The notes beneath the pieces are model-generated. The model was not told where the DNA came from, searched no databases, and worked only from the letters and a program-made list of their open reading frames with translations. The translations under genes and the position numbers were made by a program. A stretch of DNA of 64,000 nt, from positions 9,561,359-9,625,358 of the forward strand of contig NC_068994.1 in assembly GCF_001194135.2 (NCBI RefSeq), written 5' to 3'. Shown here in pieces: positions 1 through 12,162 of the stretch. Positions within the stretch are counted from its first letter, which is position 1. The number at the start of each line of letters is the position of its first letter. This stretch comes from Octopus bimaculoides (lineage: Eukaryota).

Positions 1-53
<53 letters not shown>

Positions 54-95
54 CATACATGAATGTATATATATACACACACACATATATATATA
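1..95. repeat. (TA)n/(CA)n microsatellite
   Basis: Direct reading. Confidence 0.95.
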
Positions 96-1604
96 AGCAA
101 CGTATTAAATGGAAGTCAGAATATTCACTTTAATAAGCACCTGGAAGTGGTATTAAAACTAGCAACTGCTTATGTCTACTGCTCACCTATTCCGAATACA
201 ATGAACCAGAAAAATGGCTGCACACCAATTCGTTGGATGCTCAAACGATTTTCGAAACGTATTGGTGTGTTATTTTATCGAACCCTACAAAACATAAGAA
301 ATATATAATTGCTCCGAAATGCAGTGACCCAGTATGTGTGCCGTATAATATATTGACACTGGTAATTAAAGATATGTCGTTTTTTTCCCGGTCTGTCTTT
401 ATCTAGCACATCAACGGTCAATCACGCTCCATACATGTAATATCTTATATGTGTATTTTTAAGACTGTAGCTTGTGAGGTAAACGAAGTCCAGCTGTTGA
501 GATTTCTTTTTATGCACGTTTTAAAACTAGTAGCGTTACTAAACGAAAACCTGACATGTTTTCTCATTGATACAAAATTCTATCAGTTCAGTAACTATCA
601 TTTTTCTTTCGATATTTAGTTTAAGATTTGAAGCTATCAAGGTAAGGATGATTCCCTTCGTTTAAGATGCCCAATTTTACTTCCTTTAGGAACTAAACTT
701 AATAACAAGCCTTAATGAAGTTTATACAAGAAACAGAACGCAAAATGAAATGCAACGAGAGAACTGAAATGGCTGAATGAAATGGAAATTATAAATGAAC
801 AAAAAAGCATTTTTAGGATTTCAAAACCAAATAAAAAAAGACAGGAGAAATCGGTCACATGAATATATTAATTACATTATTAAAAAAAGTGCTTTTTCCT
901 TTAAATATTGTAGAGACTATTTTGAAAGGCTACATTTTTCTCATTTTTTTTCTCTTTTGAGAGCAATCGCAAATAGAGAAAGAAATTAAATTGAATTTCG
1001 AATAAAAAATGTCAGCAAATCTTGTCACGATATTTCTAGTAGAAACTAGTTCTACATTCAAAATATTCAAAACTATTTGGCCAAATATATGGAAAAATCT
1101 ACGCATGTCTTTATATTTTATCATTTGATATGAAATAGCTATCACACACTTCAGGATTCATAGGCACTGTCCGTCATCCTTAAAGAAGACGTATACCGAA
1201 ACTTATTCCAATTCTCACCTTCATATACTTCATATAAGTTAAACAATATAATCTAAAACGTCATTTTCCCTAACCTACTAACCTTGGTTACTGTTTCAGG
1301 GGAATTACTGGACGATCAAATATAAGTACTCTTGTCAATTCTTGTGGAAAGATTTCGCTAGATAAATTCATTTACAAACTTCATTTCTTTTGCTCTCCAT
1401 ATAATGCAATGTCGTAGGTTCAAAATCCTGCAATAGTTCACCAATCATCGTAGAATAAATTTACTTCCATCTATTACGGACTATAACTGGGTTTTGTCTA
1501 GCACAAACGTTCTTTAATGTTCAATAGATGACTGTAAATTTCCGTATTACTTTACAGAGAAATACTTTGTAATTAACAAGGGATAAATGTAATGCAACAA
1601 ATGC

Positions 1605-2010
1605 GCACTCACACACACGTATGCATATATGTGTACATACATACAGAAGTATATATACGTGTGTATATTATGTATATATGTATACACGCATATGTATATA
1701 TACACATACAAATACGTGTATCAAATACACATTCACACACACATATATATGTGTACATACATATACAGAAGCTTATATACATGTATATATATGTATATAT
1801 ACACATACAATACAAATATATATATACATACACATTCACACACTCACATATATAATGACATATATGCATGTGTGTGTGCGTGTGTCTGTACACATGCGCT
1901 TTTTATATAGCATTCATATATATATATATATATATATACATAGTATTTATATTTATGCGCATGTGCATATTTATATATATATATTTTCAACCAGCCACAT
2001 ACATACATAT
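1605..2010. repeat. Degenerate compound (TA)/(CA) microsatellite
   Basis: Direct reading; source of the spurious Y/I/H/T-rich ORFs here. Confidence 0.9.
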
Positions 2011-3223
2011 AATTTGTATCCGATGTTTCCGCTAGAAAAATCCGTCACTAGAGACACATCATTAGAAACTGAGTGAGAAAATAAAATAATTACTTTAAAA
2101 TACAAAGACCGATTGCTTTAATTAGATTTCTCTCTCGATCGGTCACGAGGGGAAAATAAATATGCTCATCTTGTTGTCTTTGCAGTTAATATCAAATTGT
2201 CGTAGTATGCGTGTATGCGTGCATCTGTCTGTGTGAGTGAGAACTGATGGTGAAGTGTATGTGTAAGGTGGGTGTAATGTGTGTGTGTGTGTGTCTGTGT
2301 ATGGAAGGTCACTATGGATAAGGTGTCTGTGGTTTCTTGGTCGGTCGTCTTCGTAATTGTTTTTTAAGTATGCTCTGAGTAGATGAGGAGAATATAGCAT
2401 TTCTTGTGGCTATCTATTTAATCGAGGGGTAGACTCAAAATAGCTGCTTTGAATTAATTTTTAAATAGTTAAATCAAACAGCTGCCAGAATATTTAAATA
2501 GCCTACCGACATTCTTTTGTTCTTAATGAAAACACATTTTAGTCAATTTCCATTTTGGAATTAATTTTTTTTTTATTCATTCTTTTGACAGTGTATTTTC
2601 TTGATTAGTTCATTCTTTATATTTTATATTTTAATTTTAATTTATTTTCATTGTTTTCAAATCAAACGTTATTTAATTTTCATTAAAAACAAATTTAGTC
2701 TTATTAAAGTGAAATCAAAAATTTAAACAATAAAAATTATATCCACTTGAGAAGTAAATAAACAAGTAAATAAATGCATATAAAAAATATTTTCTGTTTT
2801 AAATGCCCAATTGAAAGATAAATACCGTCTTATCTACCAGACAAGCGACCCATAAATGGTGCCACAGTTAACAAAATTTAATGTGTATAAAATAAAGTCT
2901 ACGGTATAGGCAAACATTATAATCTTCCTATGAGTTTCAAACTAATAATTTTATTCAGAGGTTTTTCTCTTGAATCGTTCACATGTACCAGTGAGGAGGA
3001 CGTATCCTTGGTAGGACCGAACCTTGAATAGTTTTTTTTAATTATAATGGGCCTTGTTGTGTATTCAGAACTTACTTTAAAAATGTCACATGGAGTAAAA
3101 ACAACCTAATAACAAAAAATAAACCAGGACTAACTAAAACATTGCATACTAGTGTGGGTTGAATCCGCCACCGATCCCATGATTTTCTACGGACTGTACT
3201 TAAATATACAAATATGTATAATG

Positions 3224-3224
<1 letters not shown>

Positions 3225-3296
<72 letters not shown>

Positions 3297-3415
3297 ATGT
3301 ATATATACATATATATATGTATGTATATATATATATGTTCATGTATTTATATATACATATATATATACACATATATATATATATATGTTTCTGTGTGTGC
3401 TTGTGTGTGTGTTCA
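3225..3415. repeat. (TA)n compound microsatellite
   Basis: Direct reading. Confidence 0.95.
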
Positions 3416-4640
3416 TGAAACGTATTGTTGGTGTCACGAAAGATTTTTTCTCTGTATTTCATGAGATAGAACGCCTCATCATTTCATGTATTGAAGTTCA
3501 TCTTCTCATATTATCACAGACTGTTTTTCGTTAGTTGTTTTTTTCTTTCTTAAATTAATACTGATTTATTTTTACTTTAACGAAAGGAAATATTGCTTCT
3601 CTTTGCTACTTTTCATGACTCCATGAGACTTAAATTGTTTTAAATCTTTTCTTTTTTTCAGTTATTTACATTATTTTTGCATTAAAAGATATTTTGTTTC
3701 GATTTGTTGTGATGTCTGCATTATAACAAATTTGATATATATTCTTAAAATGCAAATTACTTTGTTATAGCTAATTACACCACTTTATTGATCTTACATA
3801 CTTTCCTGGCTCCGGCTGGCATTTGGTAATTGAGCGTTCACTCTCTTTGAAGATGACGTCTGTGAGAATGATTGATGTTTCGCTTTTGATTTTTTTTTTT
3901 CTAAGAAAGAAGAGAAATATTTCTGAAAAAAATCATCTTTTGTTTTATAGTTTCTTTGTAGTATTTCTTTCTTTCATGTAAGTTTTGTATTTGTTCATCT
4001 TTATCTTAATATATTTTACGATTGAATTGTGTTGGACACGACTACTGGAGTCTGCCAATAGCTTAATAGTAGACGAAATAGATTTTAAGACGCTGTCATA
4101 GGTCAGCACACTTACGTTGTGGTTTATCATTACCATATTCTTTTTGTTATTGTTATCATTATTAATGTTAATACAATTGCTGTTGTTGCTGGAATTATGC
4201 CAACATTTGAAAGAATTATAGCTGTGGTAGTTCTTGTTGAGGTTATTATTGATTAACTTCATGTCAATGCAAAACTCAGCGGACCTGTAATTATAATCAT
4301 TCATCCCATCTTGTTTTCGATTGTTTGTCTAGGACTTCATTATCCGGCGCTCTTCTGCACTCAAAATTGCAGGATATAATTAGGAGGAAATTTGCTCGAT
4401 GTTAAAGCATGTTCCCCGATTCTCTTTCTCATTACCTCATACGTTTAGCATGTTTACTAGTGCTGTGTCATCCAATTAGCGGTCCAACAATATGTACCAA
4501 GGAAGTTTAGAATGATGCATGAAATCTGCAATGGATTGAAACTTAGTATCAAGACCTCGAACTTTTAAAGGCAACATTTAGATTACTCACATTTTTTATA
4601 TCCTATTACCCGTCACAGTTACTGGGATGCAGCTATCTTG

Positions 4641-4782
4641 CGACACATAGAAGGCTGCAGGGTATATCAGCCGAAACGTGTTTACAACAAACAAGATGAG
4701 GACAAATATCCGTCAAATTTAAATAATGTAAATAATGTATATAAAGTACATAATTCCTCATCTCTTCAATATAGAACTGTAC
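4641..4782 (+). mobile_element. Family E repeat (Penelope-like terminal repeat/retrozyme-like), copy 1, hammerhead core decayed
   Basis: GACAC-atagaa-GGCTG-cagggtatat-CAGCC-GAAAC-gtg, then the shared body acaaacaagatgaggacaaatatccgtc, (tgtaaataa)n and ttcctcatctctt-aatatagaactg. Homologous to 9931 and 12011. Confidence 0.8.
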
Positions 4783-4989
4783 AGAGAAGACGGGATTAGT
4801 CGAACAGTGTGGCCACACTACATATGATTTCAGTTAGTATTTATTCTGTCGGCCTCATCTGCCGTACGTTAGTTGTCAAATTGTGTGAGGGCAATCAAAA
4901 ATACACACACATACAGACGCACACACACGCACATGCACACACACACGTAAACACGCAATGATATATTTTTTTATGTATGTACAACTGAT

Positions 4990-5150
4990 TCCCAGACAGT
5001 TTCATCCACTAAATTCACCCATATGATATTCGTGCATATGGGGAGTGGGGCGGAGTTATAGAATAAGACATTTGCCCTAGAAATTGTGCACTGAGCCCGG
5101 ACCTGGAGTCATTACCTTGCAAAGCGAGGGTTATAACCACACAGCTAAAA
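4990..5150 (-). mobile_element. SINE family A, highly degenerate 5' part
   Basis: cagtttcatccactaaattcaccca...taagacatttgccctag...aaccacacagct aligns loosely to the reverse complement of the family A head and core. Confidence 0.45.
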
Positions 5151-5461
5151 CTGAGAAGCAACATGCTTCTTATACAGGAAACATATAAGACCTGAGTTAA
5201 AATTCCATGCGTTGAGAAAAAAAACATGATAGTGAATGCATAATATTATAACTTGCAGGACCTGTGAATATTTCACGGGATTAATGACAAACTTTTTGGG
5301 TTATTTCTGAAAACTTTATCCAAAAAAACTAAAATCGTAGCCTGTGTTGAGTCTGTATCAAAACATAGTCGCGTATCAGCTAATCATTGAAAACTGAAGG
5401 AAGTTGGAATACAATGATTATATAATGCACTTTATATAAACAATTTATATAATTTTGTTGT

Positions 5462-5823
5462 TGTTGGTGTTGGCACTCCGTCGCTTACGTTGAGTGTTCC
5501 AGTTGATCCGATCAACGGAACAGCCTGCTCGTGAAATTAACGTGCAAGTGGTTGAGCACTCCATAGACACGTGTACCCTTAACGTTGTTCTCGGGGATAT
5601 TCACCGTGACACAGTGTGACATGGTTGGCCCTTTGAATTACAGGCACAACAGAAAGAGGAAGTAAGAGTTACAGAAAGTTGTGGTGGAAGAGTACAGCCG
5701 GAGCCTCGGGGAGCTTTAGTTGTTTTCGCTCAATAAACACGCACAACGCCCAGACTGGGAATCGAAACCGTGACCCTATGACCGCAAGTCCGCTGTCCTA
5801 ACCACTGGTCCATTGCACCTCCA
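5462..5823 (-). mobile_element. SINE family B (tRNA-derived head, (AAC)n tail), near full length
   Basis: Minus strand: ggaggtgcaatggaccagtggttaggacagcggac (A box)...ggtttcgattccc (B box); ends ...gagtgccaacaccaacaacaac. Confidence 0.9.
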
Positions 5824-6311
5824 CTTATATCATGTATGCACAAATTAAAAGACTTAATACATAACATTATGTCTCTTTCTTTCATATACATCTGTAAATA
5901 TTCGTCTGGTTTTAAAGAAAGCCTGAGCAGCATGAAGAGTTTTGGTTTCTCTGAATTTGCTTTTCCTTGTCAGCAGAGGACAAGGTGATCCGTTGGAGAT
6001 TATATTAAGAATACCCTACTTTTGTATTTCACAATAAATTTACTCTTTATTGCTCTACACTTATGATGCACAGACATGGAGTTGCTAGTTTTTATAGATT
6101 TAGATAAAATAATTTTATACCTTAGTATATAGAAGTAATTTGATTGCGTAAACATAGCGTCGTCAGTCACTTCTTCATAAGAAGGAATATTTTTCACTCC
6201 TTTATTCGCTTCTTACACTTTCAAGATAAATGGACACTCAAACAGCAAAGTACCTTTTACGAGAAATCCAGATAAACTGCTCGCTAAACAGCAGAAATAT
6301 TCAAATCAGTA

Positions 6312-6365
<54 letters not shown>
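6312..6365. repeat. Perfect (GAC)18 trinucleotide repeat
   Basis: Counted directly. Confidence 0.95.
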
Positions 6366-6367
<2 letters not shown>

Positions 6368-9202
6368 GTCATTAAATATCTATATAAGAATAACTTGTGC
6401 GTGTGTATGCGATTCTCCTTTAACAGAAGCACTAACACTAAGAATGTCTGATACCAAAAGAAATCACTAAAGCTAGAATAGTATCCAAAACACTTGAATT
6501 AAAACTTCAAATGGTTGCTTTCCTTTCAGCAGATAAAAAAAATACGAGTCTACAAAACTCAACGTTATTCTTATCTTTATTTGTGCTCCACTCTGACACT
6601 ACATATGCGGCTGCTTGTTTTATTTTCTTTCAATTATTCTGTCTCAGAACCTGATTTAGAATGAAGACATAACCTAGATAAAGTAAGAAAAGTAGATGGA
6701 TCTCATTCACTTGCGACGAAGATCAATCCGGGTAAATGCCTAACCCGTTCAGTTGCTTAGAATAGGAGTGGCTGATCATTCCTAAATCGAAACTCAAATT
6801 CAAACTCAGCACTGACGTCTGAGTATCCAGCAGGCCCGTACAAGGTACACAAACACGTATATCCATTACAGCGGATGAGTTTGATACCAGCTAATGTCAA
6901 ACAGTATGCATTTATACAGCATTTGTTATTTTCCAGTTTCAAATTGTATTTCATACTACTTTTGTATTGAGAATACAATACAGTATTGAATAATTGTAAG
7001 AGTTGCATTTGAACTGTAAGCGATATATATATCTGAACTGACACAGATTTTCTCTCTCCGATTTTTTTCGTTCTCCCTCCATTTTCCCCCCTTATATTCC
7101 TTTCCATTTTCCCTTAGCATTAAACACCAACTTCTTGTTCTCAGACCTGTCTTCGTCCTTTCTGAGTACATTTCAACTATATAAATGTATATATTAAACG
7201 TTAAGAGTTTTTTCTTGCAATATGTGTGATTCAGCACCTTCAGTCATTATTAGGGATGATAAAAGATTTTTCTGTGTCATATTATATTTCACCCAGCTCT
7301 TATATTCATTTACATACACCCACACCCACGCACACGCATATATATATGTATATATCTAAGGACTTCTATTTTGCACCGGCAGAGGTTCCAACTATCTGAA
7401 ACCAGCAGTCATGCGAAAGTAATATACCCGTTGAAATTGCTAATATCAGGTTTTTTAAATGTGCCCCTACTGTAAGAATTCTGCCTCACCTCTAATGAAT
7501 ATAGTTTCGTTATTCATTAATATAGTTTAAAATAATTACCCAATTTTGATTTTTATACACATTAAGTGGTCGTACAATTTACAGATGGTTTATATACAGG
7601 CCCAGAAATTCGTATTATTACTCAACAGTGGTCTTGAACTGTTGTAAAGAACCAAATAATACGACCCTATATATTTGATGCATATGAATAGCTTGGAATG
7701 AATATACTTACGGTTTAGTTTCAGATACAGTGACGTTTTATAATATTTATATTTCTTTCAGAATAATCTTTGTTGTGTATGAAAGAGAAAAAAATCTCTG
7801 CTACATAAATATTTACACCACTTTGACATCCAAGTGTGTCCGCATACTTTAAAACACATTTTTTTCTCGAGATACACAAGTGAAAGCAGATACAAAAAAT
7901 TTCTCAAATATAAATATGTCATACTGCCCATTTACTGTAAATATGCTCAACATACGTATATAAAGTTACTTAAGTACTTGAGGCTAATAAGCATGTAAAG
8001 TTATCCTTACAACGTAAATATGTTTATACATACACAAAATCAAACTCTCAGGAATGAACGAGAAAACAAGTAGATGTGTATACCTACAAAGATACACGCC
8101 CATATATATTGACGTATGTACATTGTGTATATGTACATATATATGTGTGTGAGTATGCATGCATATATGTATGAGTGAGTATGCATGTATGTATGTATTA
8201 TATATATGTAAATATATACATATATATACACACACACAGACACACACATATATATGTATATGTATATNNNNNNNNNNNNNNNNNNNNNNNNNNNNNNNNN
8301 NNNNNNNNNNNNNNNNNNNNNNNNNNNNNNNNNNNNNNNNNNNNNNNNNNNNNNNNNNNNNNNNNNNNNNNNNNNNNNNNNNNNNNNNNNNNNNNNNNNN
8401 NNNNNNNNNNNNNNNNNNNNNNNNNNNNNNNNNNNNNNNNNNNNNNNNNNNNNNNNNNNNNNNNNNNNNNNNNNNNNNNNNNNNNNNNNNNNNNNNNNNN
8501 NNNNNNNNNNNNNNNNNNNNNNNNNNNNNNNNNNNNNNNNNNNNNNNNNNNNNNNNNNNNNNNNNNNNNNNNNNNNNNNNNNNNNNNNNNNNNNNNNNNN
8601 NNNNNNNNNNNNNNNNNNNNNNNNNNNNNNNNNNNNNNNNNNNNNNNNNNNNNNNNNNNNNNNNNNNNNNNNNNNNNNNNNNNNNNNNNNNNNNNNNNNN
8701 NNNNNNNNNNNNNNNNNNNNNNNNNNNNNNNNNNNNNNNNNNNNNNNNNNNNNNNNNNNNNNNNNNNNNNNNNNNNNNNNNNNNNNNNNNNNNNNNNNNN
8801 NNNNNNNNNNNNNNNNNNNNNNNNNNNNNNNNNNNNNNNNNNNNNNNNNNNNNNNNNNNNNNNNNNNNNNNNNNNNNNNNNNNNNNNNNNNNNNNNNNNN
8901 NNNNNNNNNNNNNNNNNNNNNNNNNNNNNNNNNNNNNNNNNNNNNNNNNNNNNNNNNNNNNNNNNNNNNNNNNNNNNNNNNNNNNNNNNNNNNNNNNNNN
9001 NNNNNNNNNNNNNNNNNNNNNNNNNNNNNNNNNNNNNNNNNNNNNNNNNNNNNNNNNNNNNNNNNNNNNNNNNNNNNNNNNNNNNNNNNNNNNNNNNNNN
9101 NNNNNNNNNNNNNNNNNNNNNNNNNNNNNNNNNNNNNNNNNNNNNNNNNNNNNNNNNNNNNNNNNNNNNNNNNNNNNNNNNNNNNNNNNNNNNNNNNNNN
9201 NN

Positions 9203-9233
<31 letters not shown>

Positions 9234-9309
9234 TATACACACACACAGACACACACATATATATGTATATGTATATATATAATATATACACATGTGTGTG
9301 TGTATGTGT

Positions 9310-9607
9310 GTGGTGCATGGCTCAATGGTTAAGGTGTTGAACTCACGATCGTGTGATCGTGGGTTCTTTTCCCAGAGCGGTCGTTGTGCTGTGCTCTGGA
9401 GCATAGTAATTCATTTCACGTTGCTCTGGGATCATTTCGTCATCTGACACGTGACACCCGTTACACCTGTACAGGTAAAGTCGATTTGATGGAGGGAATG
9501 AATTTATATGTACAGAAACATTTGCTCACTGTAAACAAATCATGTGTGTGGTTGTTCAATAACAAATTGTCGAACTCTCATACGTCGTCTAACGACGGGA
9601 GAATCCA
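9310..9607 (+). mobile_element. SINE family C (tRNA head, CORE-like centre, distinct tail)
   Basis: gcatggctcaatggttaaggtgttgaactcacgatc (A box)...ttcatttcacgttgctct...gtcgatttgatggaggga...catacgtcgtctaacgacgggaga. Confidence 0.75.
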
Positions 9608-9608
9608 T

Positions 9609-9641
<33 letters not shown>

Positions 9642-9644
9642 ATA

Positions 9645-9920
9645 CAGGGTGTCCCAAAAGTAGGTTTACATTTATCAAGTAGTCAATTTAAATTTCTTTT
9701 AAAACATTTTATTACAATTAAATTTCTATCTTCCAATCACATTGTTTATGTACATCTTAGACAGACAAAAGTTAATATTTCAGATGCTCAAAATATCCTC
9801 CTTCAACATAGCAACATTCTTCAAACCTCTTGACAGCACTCTGATACTCAGTGCGGCAAGAATTCCGATCTCCATTAATTTCAGTGAATGTGGCAGAAAT
9901 GTAATCGTTTAATTCATTTA
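9645..9920 (-). mobile_element. Tc1/mariner-superfamily transposon end (probably DD37D/maT type): TIR plus transposase C-terminus relic
   Basis: TA|CAGGGTGTCCCAAAAGT terminus at 9645. Minus strand reads NELNDYISATFTEINGDRNSCRTEYQSAVKRFEECCYVEGGYFEHLKY*, matching the C..xxGGHFEHL-type C-terminal motif. Confidence 0.75.
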
Positions 9921-9930
9921 CTGTTTTGGG

Positions 9931-10060
9931 ATTCGAAATTTCCCCCAAGATACCTAATGAAGGCTGGAGGGTATATCAGCCGAAACGTTGTATTAAAAAC
10001 AAACAATATGAGGACAAGTATCCATCACATGTAGTAAATAATGTAAATAATGTAAATAAA
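9931..10060 (+). mobile_element. Family E repeat, copy 2
   Basis: ttcgaaatttcccccaagatacctaatgaaggctggagggtatatcagccgaaacgttgtatt... followed by gtaaataat repeats; abuts the mariner relic on its left. Confidence 0.85.
9949..9994 (+). ncRNA. Minimal type-I hammerhead ribozyme motif (G5A core variant, probably inactive)
   Basis: Stem I GATAC/GTATT; core CTAATGA; extra A; stem II GGCTG/CAGCC; GAAAC; GTT triplet within the AACGTT palindrome. Confidence 0.7.
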
Positions 10061-10329
10061 TTGTTTATCATATTTATTTTCTCATTAGACATAATGTTAT
10101 TAACACTAGCATCATTTACCAATTATGTTTCCTGGAGATGTCGTCTCTCAATAATATATTATCAAAAAATAAGAATATTCTATTCGAATATGTCTGCAAT
10201 ACTTTATATTTGCTAAGCGTTCTTTTACATTTTGACGAATTACTTAAAATAATATCAGAAACTCATTAGGACAGTTTGTATTTCTCTCTGCATAATTATT
10301 TTTCTTTTGTGTATAAAACTCTCTGCTTC

Positions 10330-10480
10330 ACTATTCCTTCTCTTTCTTTCTCTCTCTCTCTCTCTCTCCCTCTCTCTCTTTCTCTTCCTCTTCCTCTTTC
10401 TCTCTCTCTCTTCCTCTTTCTCTCTCTCTCTTCCTCTTTGTCTCTCTCTTCCTCTTTCTCTCTCTCTCTCTCTCTCTCTC
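10330..10480. repeat. (CT)n-rich homopyrimidine tract of ~150 nt
   Basis: Direct reading. Confidence 0.95.
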
Positions 10481-11532
10481 ATTTGTCTAAACGTATTAAT
10501 GCGGCCTTAAATATTTTATTCATATATTTGTTCATAACGCTCATTGCAATCCCAAAACTACATAAATATATATATATAGACATACTGTTCATATATCCCA
10601 GTTATTTTTTATATCACTGTCATTATTCAGAAGTCACATCGATCATATCCGTTCTTCAGCGTTTTTATGATATTGTCTTATTTAATTCTTTATTTTCTTT
10701 GCTGAAGATTATAGATCTCTGTGTTATATAGTCCTGAAACCTGACGCTTCTATTTATTTATCAATATTTAAGAGCAAGCCTTAACGAAGATTTTCGTTTC
10801 TTTCTTTCTTTTTTTAATATCCTGATACACTAAATATAATATTCACGCATTAGCAATTTATATGGTAATAGAATAAAATGCCCAGTTATATTCACCATGT
10901 AATCTCCTGTGCGAAGTATGGCTTATATAAAAACAATTACTAAAACCGAAATCAATTTGACGGAAAACGAAATTCACTGGAAACACCGTTGTATATTCAC
11001 ATATGTAGATAAGAAACACAATTTCGTCCATATATCGATTGCTATAAAACGTTTAAAGCAAAATGTATTCCGATACTGTATACGCATTTGACGAATTACA
11101 GTAACGCAGGAAACAGATACGGATCGATGATTAATATATTCGTTTCGCACCGGTGTGATTTCGTTGTCAATCACATATCTTCGGTATTTTTCTTGAAACG
11201 TTTTTACTGCAGCTCCGAAAAAGGTTAAGCATTACGAGTGGGATTTGAAAAGTGAAATTAATGTGGGAACTGGTCGTAGAGAATGTTTTAGTCTAGCTTG
11301 GTAGACCTTATAACCACTGGACAGTTTTTTGCAGCGTCCATTCTCTGGAAGCATTAGGCGCTTAGCATAATTTTTTCTCTTCTAACCTCGAGTCACGGAG
11401 GACTTGATAACGTGTCATAGACACTGTCCCTGTTGCTTTAGCCTTGCTATTAAAATAGCAAATAAAAGATCTCTCATTGGTACACATACATTTTGCTATC
11501 AAGTATTAGCGCAAATATAATATTGTTGTTGT

Positions 11533-11851
11533 TGTTGGCACTCCGTCGCTTACGACGACGAGGGTTCCAGTTGATCCGATTAATCGTGAAATTAACGTGC
11601 AAGTGGCTGAGCACTCCACAGACACGTGTAACCTTAACGTAATTCTCGGGGATATTCAGCGTGACACAGTGCGACAAGGCTGACCCTTTGAATTACAGGC
11701 ACAACAGAAACAGGAAGTAAGAGTGAGAGAAGGTTGTGGTGAAAGTGTACAGCAGAGTTCGCCATCATCCCCTGCAGGAGCTTTAGGTGTTTTCGTTCAA
11801 TAAACACTCACAACGCCCGGTCTGGGCATCGAAACCCCGATCCTATGACTG
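11533..11851 (-). mobile_element. SINE family B, 5'-truncated
   Basis: Colinear with 5462-5790; (AAC)n tail on the minus strand. Confidence 0.9.
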
Positions 11852-12010
11852 CTAGAAAAGTTATCTTGGGAAATGTATCACCACAGACAAAACTATGTTG
11901 AATTACCAGCATACATGAAGGGTGTTATAGCAATACAAAATGCATTCTGAGGTAGTAATAAATATATTTACAACTTCTTCATATATTGTGTCTGTGGGGG
12001 GATGAGGTTA

Positions 12011-12162
12011 AAATTTCCCCAAGACACCTGATGAAGGCTGGCGGGTATATCAGCCAAAAGGCTGTGTTAACAAACAAGATGAAGTCAAACATCCGTCAAG
12101 TGTAAATAATGTAAATAATGTAAATAATGTACATAATTCCTCATCTCTTAAATATAGAACTG
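12011..12162 (+). mobile_element. Family E repeat, copy 3
   Basis: aaatttccccaagacacctgatgaaggctggcgggtatatcagcc...gtaaataatgtaaataatgtaaataatgtacataattcctcatctcttaaatatagaactg. Confidence 0.85.
12023..12068 (+). ncRNA. Minimal type-I hammerhead ribozyme motif (intact CTGATGA, mutated GAAAC)
   Basis: Stem I GACAC/GTGTT; CTGATGA at 12028-12034; stem II GGCTG/CAGCC; GAAAC changed to AAAAG and GTT to GCT. Confidence 0.65.

Noticed and set aside
188-285. Minus-strand segment bounded by ttttgtag| and |GTGAGC
   Set aside because: Stops in all three frames; at most a non-coding exon, and unsupported.
1592-3534. Y/I/H/T/V/C-rich ORFs
   Set aside because: Translations of dinucleotide microsatellites.
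3945-4304. Asn-rich 119-aa minus-strand ORF with an AAC|GTAAGT donor near 4116
   Set aside because: Largely a decayed (AAC/AAT) low-complexity tract with no recognisable domain; a UTR exon cannot be excluded.
5750-5823. tRNA-like cloverleaf heads (also at 9310, 22962, 61706)
   Set aside because: They continue into multi-copy SINE bodies and lack a proper acceptor stem; they are not tRNA genes.
6230-6451. Poly-Arg ORF
   Set aside because: Translation of (GAC)18; no splice or homology support.
11948-11957. TGAGGTAGTA, matching the let-7 5' end
   Set aside because: The match stops at 10 nt and there is no precursor hairpin.
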